Of a DNA stretch of 64,000 nt, positions 35,430 to 46,010 are shown piece by piece. The first letter of the stretch is position 1, and each line of letters starts with the position of its first letter. The notes beneath the pieces were generated by a model that had not been told where the DNA came from, ran no database searches, and saw only the letters and a list, made by a program, of their open reading frames with translations. Position numbers and translations under genes: made by a program. The DNA is from Lytechinus pictus (Eukaryota), in contig NC_087249.1 of the NCBI RefSeq assembly GCF_037042905.1, forward strand, positions 7,380,001-7,444,000. Reading direction: 5' to 3'.

Positions 35430-35591
35430 TAGTCTGCTGTGCAAACCCTTCACTCGAGTTAAGGGTCTGAATGTGCAGCCTACTCATGCCTTGTGTACTG
35501 AAGGCCCTCTCGCACTTTTGTATGTGCTAGTCTTTGAGTGGAGACATACTTGCTGATCAAAGTTTCAATCAGGGTCTGTGCCTGCAGACTA
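35430..35591 (+). mobile_element. Academ(H)-like MITE
   Basis: TAGTCTGC...GCAGACTA with 9-bp TSD TCTGTGAAC/TATGTGAAC; diverged relative on the minus strand at 55674-55870. Confidence 0.8.
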
Positions 35592-37964
35592 TATGTGAAC
35601 GGGGGTAGATGAATTTACCGGTGTTCTGTTTATATAGCGGCTGGCCTTAGACGAAAAAAATTACTTTCGTACTAACGTAATTAAAGTGGGGATAATGCAT
35701 AGTGGCAAAGTGGAGATTCGAACCAAAACCTTGCGAACAGGAGTCCAATGCTCTAACCACTACACGACCCATTTTTTCCCGTGGATTCGACTTTTAATAT
35801 CGAAAGCCAGTTCTGTACACAAAAGAGGAGTCCATACTATATCATATTTATACTCAGTCATTTATTTTAGGTAACGAAAGACAATGGTAGAAAGACAAAT
35901 TAGTGCGCTTAACATTAATATTTTTTCACGCTGATAATGGATGATGCACCTTTCCAAAACGTTGCGGATTTATAATTGACAGAATTCTTGATTTATAAAT
36001 CAATATTGAATCCAGACCGAAAGTTTTACAGTGTCTATTTTTCATTTAAATAATGACAAAATTCGCATTAGGACGAATGTTTACAATGAAAATATGAGTG
36101 AATAGGCCTATATCCATATTTTTTTCTGTAGCTAATTTTACTAAAAAGGTTTGATTTTTGTCATATTTAGGCCTAATACTTCAGGCTGAAAATGTTATGA
36201 TTTGAATAGATAAAGAAAATATCCGACAAACAAAACACTGAAAATCTTTATTGAAATCGGACAAGGGATAACGAAGTTATGGCATTTCAATTATTTTGTT
36301 TATTATGGTTAAACAGTTCTATGTATGTCGTTATGAATATTCAACCTGATGATATTATATCCCCACTTGTTCTTTTGAATTTATTACAGGAAATTATGTT
36401 TATTAACATTTTTTCTTTCAAGAAGTAAACAAATTTCATAGACAACTGATGTAATGCATTAGATATTCATTGCTGTAACTTATTTTATTACAAGGGAGAC
36501 TATGAAAATGTGAAATAATTATAATTTCAAGTAATAACATACAAAAAAGGAAAGTGGGGATGTGACATCATCAACCCATCTAATGAATATTAATGACGAC
36601 GTACATAAATTATAATTGTTTTAATAAAATATTGCTAAACATAGAAAATTAATAACTTCTTTATTTGTTAACAGATTTTGATGAAATTTTCAACATTGTG
36701 CTAAATGAATTTTACTCTATTAATTTGAATATGATTATTTTCAGCTCAGAGTCTTTCTTTAGTATTGATAAATCTCACAAAAGTAGATATGACTATTCCC
36801 ATTCATTACTAAATTATCTTAAAGAGTGTGTTTTTAAACAGTTATAATGTGTCGGATAAAACAATAAAAAAATATGTTATATCAACAGGTGAATTCAATA
36901 TCGCGTTTATAGCGTTTACATTTATTTACATGTATATGATAAAAGGAGCACTGTAGATTAAAATGCCTTCCTCACGGGTATTGGAGCCGTGGCCGGTAAT
37001 CGATCCCCGGATTTTCCTATGTCTAGTCAGGCGCCTTAGACCATGCACTCGGCCACAGCACCTCCAATTGTAATTGGTTAAATTGACCGATTTTACATCG
37101 AAATTGATTACGATCAGGTGCCCCATTCAAGTAAAATAATGTGCGTATATTTTGTCTTGTTTAAATAAACCCCTTCTCAAGAGCACGGAATGGGCTGTAA
37201 ATTTAAAAATATAATCTTTGTCAGTAGGAGTAGCTTTCTAGTATCCAATTGAAATAATAATAATAACAATGATAATAATAATAATAATGCAAAAATCACA
37301 ATCATATGGTCATTTTTACGTTTTTGTGCATGGTTTTGGAAAAAGGTGGGGGCTGAAGCCCCCCCCCCCCCGCTTCCGCGGCCCCTGAATAATAATGATG
37401 ATGATAATGATAGTGATGTCTTATTGAGCGCCGCACCGTCCAGAGACGCTCATAGCGCTATCGCTGCAACAGTTCCTTTGGATATAAACATGTTATAGTA
37501 TACATTTTATACAAATATAAACAACTATCAAATCACTACAAGTACAGTCTTGCACCATCAAAATAAATTTGTAAAGTAAGTGGTTGGTGCTGAAATTACT
37601 ATTTTCAAATAAAAACATTACCGATAGAGGGTGCTGGATGCCACATATGAATTTTAACGCCTGAATCAAAGTCAAATTTATTATTCTAATGGCTGGAAAA
37701 CATTAAATAGCCACTAAACATTGTTATATTTGGATGTTGGATGATACTCGAGTATAATTGACATCAAAGATTTAAACGGGTTTTTAAGTACAATATTAGT
37801 CTTTTTTTCTTTTTTTTTTTACATTACGGGATTCAGGTATTTTATTTCGAAGAAAAATGAATTGCACTTCACATTTACAACAATCCCTTCTAAACAAGTA
37901 AGATATATACACGCCAAGAACAAAGTGAGTAGAGATCGATGGTTGACATAAGTTTACATATCTG

Positions 37965-38732
37965 GGGACCGTTTCATAAAGCTGTTCGTAAGATAAGAGC
38001 GACTTTAAGAACGACTGGTGATCCTTTCTTGCGCGCTAAACCATCGCCTATGGTGTATACCATTTACCAAAAGTAAGGATCACCAGTCGTTCTTAAAGGA
38101 CAAGTCCACCCAACAAAAAGTTGATTTGAATAAAAAGAGAAAAATCCAACAAGCATAACACTGAAAATTTCATCAAAATCGGATTTAAAATAAGAAAGTT
38201 ATGACATTTTAAAGTTTCGCTTAATTTCACAAAACAGTTATATGCACATCCTGGTTGGTATTCAAATGAGGAGACTATGACATCATCCACTCACTATTTC
38301 TTTTGTATTTTATTATATGAAATATGAAATATTCTAATTTTCTCCTCATTATCAAGTGATACAATGATTAATTCATCCTTGAACATGTGGAATTTGCATT
38401 GTTTAATACTATATGGTTCAGTCAAGTTGGTCCATATTGTCAAATCTATAAAAAAATGAAATATTGTATAATTCAAACAATAAAAACAAAAGAAACAGTG
38501 AGTGATGGACATCATCGACAGACTCACCAAGTTGTTCATATCACTGTTGTGTGAAAAATAAGCGAAGCTTTATAATTTCCTAACTTTCTTATTTTACATC
38601 CGATTTTGATAAAATTTTCAGTGCTATATGCTAGTTTGATTTTTCTCTATTTATTCAAGTCAGCATTTTTCTGGGGTGGACTTGACCTTTAAAGTCGCTC
38701 TTAATTTACGAACAGCTTTATGAAACACCCAC
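37965..38732. mobile_element. Harbinger-like MITE interrupted by a Kolobok-like MITE
   Basis: Host has GTTTCATAAAGCTGTTCGTAA inverted arms and CTG flanks; an uninterrupted relative lies at about 47168-47321. Confidence 0.78.
38097..38688 (+). mobile_element. Kolobok-like MITE (592 bp)
   Basis: TTAA|AGGACAAGTCCACCC...GGGGTGGACTTGACCT|TTAA. Confidence 0.85.
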
Positions 38733-40097
38733 CTGCTGTAATTCACTTTTATCAAACCATATTGTTAAGTTGATAAACATGTCACTGTTTTTCTTTACAC
38801 AGATATTTTACTGCTTCTTTGCACTCCCTTTTTCCGTTTTAGTCGTTTGAAACTTCTCCAACACTCTTAAAAAGGTTAAGAAAAAAGGCCCAATTTTAAC
38901 CATCACTGGGCAACATACTGTCCAATCCACACAACTATTGGTTAAAATCTGTCCAAATTGGGTAATAAAACTAATAATTGAGTAATACATTTTCTCAATT
39001 GGATAATAATTGCCCAGAATATAGATATGTTTGTTACCAAAGTACATTACCCAACAGAGTGGACAGTATGTTGCCCAACATTTTAAGTGTGTATCACTTT
39101 CTCTTGTGATACATTTACATTGAAATATCATTCCCTCTTTTAATTTCATTTCCTCCAACATAAACTTTATCATATACGCTAGCAATATCGCTTTAGTTTA
39201 AGTGATTTTGGAAGTATTTCAGTAAAACCAGCCATTCGATCGGTGGATATGCTAATACAACTGGAAACTTCTTCAAGAAGTACAGAAGAATGTTCACTTT
39301 CCCTGAGTAAAGCATTTTTTAAATATTTTTTTCCTTTAATTGAAAAGAAATGTTTTCGTAATATCCAAGTTCGTAAGATCGGATACTAGTAAACTCAGAG
39401 TTTTGTTGCTCTTTTACATTAAAAATCAATGAAACAAAGTTGGCACTATTTTTTTTACACAGATCTAAAAACATCTGAATCAAAATGATGACAAACTGCT
39501 ACAACTAGGTAGAGATATCAAGAATAGAAAATATCATAATATAAGTAAGATTAAAATTACGGCAAATTTACAGTTTTTAGAATTCATGATTCATTACGAC
39601 ACACACAACAAATATTATGAAATTAGACTATTGTCTCCCCTTGTTTAAGACACAAAAGACGGTTTCTATTGTTAGATATACATGAAAAATACGATATGAA
39701 AATAGTAAAATTTATATTGCATACAAGAAGAAAATAATGGATTTACTTGTGTAACTCATATACCTTGTCATTTACACTTTGTACAAACGTATATGTTTGG
39801 TCCAAAGTAAAAAAAAAAAAAATAACAATGGGCCAGGCCAAATTCAGCATCCATCCATCCGAGCCCGCGCATGATTTTGAATTTCTTTATAAAGCATTGA
39901 TCATTGTCATAGCAGGGATAACAACTTATGTGCTTTTCTGGAACAGATAATATTAGCAATATATATATATATATATATATATATCGAGAATATGCCTTGG
40001 TCTCGTATGATCGAGGTGCAGCATCGTAATATGATATAAGTGTGACTTTGACAAAAGAGAGAGGCAGCAAGACGTAGCAATATTGTCCGACTCCTTT

Positions 40098-40146
40098 ATA
40101 AGGCCAAGCTTTCGACCGTGTAACCGCGGTCTTCCTCAGGGCTCTG
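40098..40146 (-). ncRNA. Minimal type I hammerhead ribozyme motif (Penelope-like element type)
   Basis: Minus strand: GCC-CUGAGGA-A-GACCG(CGGUUACA)CGGUC-GAAA-GC-UU-GGC. Perfect 5-bp stem II, stem I GCC/GGC, palindromic AAGCUU instead of helix III; near an (AT)n tract. Confidence 0.68.
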
Positions 40147-40409
40147 AGGGACACAAAAGAATATAAACGAAAATAAACGAAAATAAGGATGTCATGTAAC
40201 ATAAACACAATCCAAACAAGCGTGCAACAGAAACAAAAAACAAAAGGTAAACAACAGAGCACAATAATTGTGTAACATAAAAAAAACTTAATAATAATGG
40301 AAGGAAACTGTTTTTTTAGCTCAAAGATGTTTAACGGACAGTGAAAATAATATTTGAAAGTTACCTTGAAAGGAGGATGGGAAGGGTTTGGTATGTACGT
40401 GTTGTATGA

Positions 40410-41082
40410 TACTAGTGGGTTTTCGCCCAGCGTCGTACGACGCTATCTACGACGTAGAAAGATCTCTTTGTTCGTGCGTCCGTCGCGCTCAACTCTCGCT
40501 TGTAAGCAGTTTCGCAAATCGCTGAACGCGGCCGGATCGACCGGCTGGCATGGTTGGCATGTAATGTTGACACGCCAACATATGCATTGTATATGTTCCT
40601 ACTATGTGCACACAACTGGCAGTGCCATGTGTCTTGCAGTCGCGTCGTCGCCCGAGCCATGCAACGGCTTTTCAATCATATTTCAATAATCATACTCGTT
40701 TAAACTTCTACTGTAACATTTTGAAATTATACTTAGCTTGATTTTAGTATAATTGAAATGGTACTCAACGAAAAACTCGCATTCGAGTCCATGTGTTGAA
40801 GCTTTCAGCTATCAGTGTAGTCAGAGTAGAGTACAACATGTGCATGCACGCGATGGGCGAATGTGTTTACATCGGCTCAGCTTGCTCGCTCTACAAGCGA
40901 TCTGATTGGCTGTTGACGGCTGTTGACAAATCCTACGTTCTAATGCGGACGCCCGCTAATTTGCGGAAGAACCGTCCGTGATTTGAGCTCAAGAACGCTC
41001 GGGCCTCTGTTTCCATGGAAGTTGGCGATTTTTGCACACGTACGTTCTACGTCGTACGACGCTGGGCGAAAACGCACTAGTG
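40410..41082. mobile_element. Non-autonomous element with 33-bp CACTA-like TIRs
   Basis: TACTAGTGGGTTTTCGCCCAGCGTCGTACGACG...CGTCGTACGACGCTGGGCGAAAACGCACTAGTG; TSD not evident. Confidence 0.78.
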
Positions 41083-41816
41083 TCTGGTGCGGCGAATGCA
41101 GTGAGGGGAGTGGTGAAGGCATGCAGTGGGATCACCCGAACAGTTTCTATAGGTGGGCATTGGGGTGTGAAGATGCTGTGGAGGAAAGGCTGGGGGGGGG
41201 GGGGGTGTCAAAAAATGGAGGACCTTAGTGTAAATATATTTACACTATACATATATATATATGTATAGATATATACATATAATACTATAGGCCCCACATT
41301 TTTGTCCCTCAGCAGTATTACTCAGGGTCTTGAAGGGGAAATTCATCCTGACAAAAAGTTGGATTTAATAAAAGCAGAAAAAAGAAGAAACATAATTTTA
41401 TCCTGAATTTTTTTTTAATGAACATCCTTCAAAGGAAGATAGAGTAATGAATGCATGCAACCAGCTTCACCCATGGAAGATGTAATATAAATCACATAAT
41501 TCCCATTCTTTTATGGAATACAAATATTTTTCTTATATATTTCTGGGTCTGATGATATATATCCACCACAAAAAATAAAATCACTTTTATTTTTTTCATA
41601 AAAAGGTATTTGGCGACATTTATATGACACAATAATAATGGAGGAACTGCTTGTCTGTGACGTCACATAATCAAAAGTTTGAAATAATCATGAATCCGAT
41701 ATTCTTTGAAGAATTTTTATGGTTTTTTTTGTAAGAAAAAAAACAAGTGTGAAAGTGAACTTCTCCTCCAAGAATATTTCGCCGACGAGCGTCGTCTGAT
41801 GGACGGACCGGTCAAC

Positions 41817-41981
41817 TTAGTTCTTCAAATTGATGGGGACAACTCTATCATGACTGTACGCCTTCCGGAAGAGGTATTTGATGAGGTCGACGACCAGGAC
41901 ACCGACCTCGCAGATAGTGATCACGGAGAACCCGATGTAGAGACCTAGAAGACCTCCAATACCACCTAACAGACTCTCAAA
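41817..41981 (-). CDS. Gene B last coding exon (TM2, selectivity filter, stop)
   Basis: tttatag|[54 protein letters not shown]; GxS filter = GFS. Confidence 0.95.
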   Translation of the reverse strand, partial: FESLLGGIGGLLGLYIGFSVITICEVGVLVVDLIKYLFRKAYSHDRVVPINLKN

Positions 41982-44900
41982 CTATAAATGAAATGAAATT
42001 TGTCATAGGATTTAATTTGATGAACGAATCATTCATGTAAATATAACAAAATGCATCAAAGACATCCCTTTCTGATTGCACACGTTATGACCCTCCCATT
42101 CATCATGTTGTTTTAAAGTCATAAGTTAATTAACTTTATTTAAAGATGGAAAAGCTCCTCAAAAGAAAAAAATATGCACACTTAAATATGTTTACATGCT
42201 TTACATATGAAATGTTATGAAGCGTGTTATCCACGTAAATAGTGATACTACCCCCCCCCCCCGTAAAAAAGGGGGAAAAGTCAGATGTACCTCATCATTT
42301 TGAGCATAAGAGAATAGTCCTGAAGGTAACTTCTGGTCATTTTTCCTCCTTTTACTTATTTTTGAAATATTTTCACTTGTTATCCTTCACCAAATTCCTA
42401 AATAGCAAAGCTCGCAATATTCCTCAACTCAGCGCCTTTAATTCCACCTTCCGTCTTTTTATTCCCCCTCTTCTTCTTCTTCTTCTTCTCCCTTTTCTCC
42501 TTCTTCTTCTTCTACTTCTTCTTTTTCTTCTCCTTCTCCTCCTCCTCCTTCTTCTCCTACTTCTTCTTCTTCTACTTTATTTAGGCATACGTACCGTATA
42601 TTTCGGTTTCTGGATCATCTGTTCATAATTGAGTTCCTCAAAGTATATCCGTACTCGAGCCAGATTTTTTCTGTGAACGAAATCGAAGAGCACCAAGGCG
42701 TTGCAATTAATAATGCAACTATTTATCACAACATGGGTACACAAAGTTCCGGATGTATTGGAACTTAATCCGACAATCAGACAATTAGACGAATTTAGAT
42801 GAGCCTTCAGGGTGCATGATATTCACGAAGGGGTCTCTTGTCAACATTAGTTTTGCTTTCATGTCAGGCAATCTTCTATAGGCAGTCATTTTCGAGTAAG
42901 ATTATTTAAAATATTGTTAAATAATAAAAAAAGGTCTCACCTGATTTCGCGATCAATAAAAAATGCAATATGACCCCGAGATAACCTTTTGATCCCAAGA
43001 TGACCTTTGACCCAATCATCCTCAACAATACACTTGCGATATTACCCAAGTAACATAATATGTACCAAGTGTGAACATAATTTATGCAGACAAAAAATTT
43101 AGAGCAGGTTGAACAAAAACTCAAAAAGGGATGGACATGACCTCATATCACTTACCCAAGGATGATAATCATGTAACAAATGTGAACATAATTGATGACG
43201 TAATGTGATACGCGCTATGCAAGAACTGAGTAATTATTATCATTATTATTATTATTACTATTATTATTGTTATCCTTATTATTATTATTATTTTAATAAA
43301 GAAATTAGAGCAAGTTGAACAAAAATCTTCAAAAAAGATGGACATGACCTTATATCATTTGACCAGTTGACCCCATCATCCTCAACAAAAACACATGTAG
43401 TATTACCCAAGGATCATTATCCACCAAGTGTGAACATACCTGATGCAGAAATATAGAAATTAGAGCAAGTTGAACAAACACCTTTAAAAAAAGAATGGAC
43501 ATGACCTCATATCATTTGACCTTTTGGCCCCTAGATGACCTTTGACTCCATCATTCTAGACAAAAACACATGTGGTATTACCCAAGGATCATATACCAAG
43601 TGTGAACATAAGTGATGCAAAAATAAAGAAATTAGAGCAAGTTGAACAAAAACTTTAACATTCTTGTTGTAACAAACCAACAGACTAACAGACTAACGGA
43701 CTAACAGACCTACAGGAAAAGTGATCACTAGGTCTCTGTCGAACTTCATTCAGGAGAGACAAAAAATGTTCCCTTACCTTGTCTGCTCGATATCCTGTAG
43801 GATACGTATCGCCTTGTCATTAGTCAATCGTGACTTCAGATGAGTCTGATATCAAACAAAAAGGGGAAAAAACAAATTAATTCGCAAGAATATTTTGGGT
43901 TTTTTACGTAAAATGGAGAGCAGAAATCTTGAAATAGTCTTGGATTTGGAGAAGTTAATGTAATGTTTAATATCTTTTCCATCTTCTTAGTCATGTTAGT
44001 GGTAGTGGAATATGGTGGCGCTCTTCAATCATTGTCAATCTCTCCAGATTCTATAAATCACTTTCGTAAGTATATAGAAATTCGCCCCACTGAACTTTCT
44101 GTACCTTCGCCAAATAACAAATTTCAAATATCAAATTATATACATAATAAACAGAGTAAATAACGCGTTTGATTATTCGTGGAAAAGGAAATCCAACCAA
44201 AACGCTTATTTACATAATAATCAAGATTTAAAAAAAATGATTGCCTAAGGTTCGCGGTATTCAATTTCAGTTTTTAGAGTATTACATGCGTCTCTATTGT
44301 TTTTAGATATATTGAATAAATTAGAATGTAATGCCTAATAGTGTCAAATTCTTGGCATACCCCACAAAGACCTGGTGAGGAAACTTTGTCTGACAAGTTG
44401 TCAGGGGAACGTTTCATCAACATTTTTGTCCGACATGTTGTCAGATCTGACAACTTTCCCTGAATCTGATTGGCTGAGAGGTACTGTTACTATATTAATT
44501 GTCAGATAAAACAGGACTTGTCAGATAAAATCCTTTCATAAAATGCTCTCCTGGGGGGTGTTTCATCAACATTTTCATCCGACCAGTTGTCAGATCTGAC
44601 ATCTTTCTCTGATTTTGATTGGCTGAGAGGTACTGTTACTATGGTAACTGTCGGATAAAACGGGATTAGTAGGATAAAACGTCTGACAAGTCCTCTAATG
44701 AAACGCTCCCATGTTTAAAGGTCAAGTCCACCTCAGAAAAATGTTTATTTGAATAAATAGAGAAAAATCAATCTAGCAGAACACTGAAAATTTCATCAAA
44801 ATCGGATGTAAAATAAGAAAGTTATGGCATTTTAAAGTTTCGCTTATAGTGATATGCACAACTCAGTGGCATGCAAATGAGAGAGTCGATGATGTAACTC

Positions 44901-45923
44901 ACTCACTATTTCTTTTGTTTTTTATTGTTTGAATTATACAATATTTCATTTTTTACAGGTTTGACAATGAGGTTCAACCCCTTGACTGAACCAAATAGTA
45001 TTAAACAATCCTAATTTCACATGTTCAGGAGGAATTAATCGTTGACTCACTTGACAATGAGGAGAAAATTAGAATATTTCATATTTCATATAATAATATA
45101 CAAAAGAAATAGTGAGTGGATGACGTCATCAGTCTCCTCATTTGCATACTGACCAGGATGTGCATATAACTGTTTTGTGAAATTAAGCGAAACTTTAAAA
45201 TGTCATAACTTTCTTATTTTACATCCGATTTTGATGAAATTTTCAGTGTTCTGTTTGTTGGATTTTTCTCTTTTTATTCAAATCAACTTTTTGTTGGGGT
45301 GGACTTGTCCTTTAATTATTGGATAGTTAATATATAATACATACCTCATATCGCTCTGAAGGCCACAGGTCCGACGTTACGGCGGTCACAAAAAGAGTTT
45401 CCCTTCAAACATGAAGATGATAAAAACATAAAAGGATACTACACGGTGCCTATACTACACAGTGATTATCAACTGTCTATGAAACAAAATTATCTATGTT
45501 TCCATATTTCTTTATTATTATCATAATTATTATTTTATTTCTTTCATGAAGGGAAGAATACACATTGATCTTTCAGAATATAAATGATTTTTTAAGTTTA
45601 TTCGTTAGAGCAATGCCGATGATTTATATGATTTAAGGCGTTCATTTAACAATATAATCACAACTTTCAAAATATGAAATTATTTATATTATTTTTTTCT
45701 ACTTCACATTCAAACCATATTCATGATATTAGATTTGTAATCCAGATATCATTGTCGATTGTAAGGATTGAACCCCTCTTTTTGAGTACCTCTGTTTATT
45801 TAGGCCGATCTAATCTCTACCGGTGTGTTGGCTCAGTTGGTAGAGTGCCCTTCTCAAAACCGGGCGGGAGGTCGGGAGTTCAAGCCCCTGCCGGCCGGCC
45901 GGCCTGGGCCGCGTCAGACCCAT

Positions 45924-46010
<87 letters not shown>

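Noticed and set aside
41706..41948. Acidic 80-aa plus-strand ORF
   Set aside because: Antisense shadow of gene B's TM2 exon.
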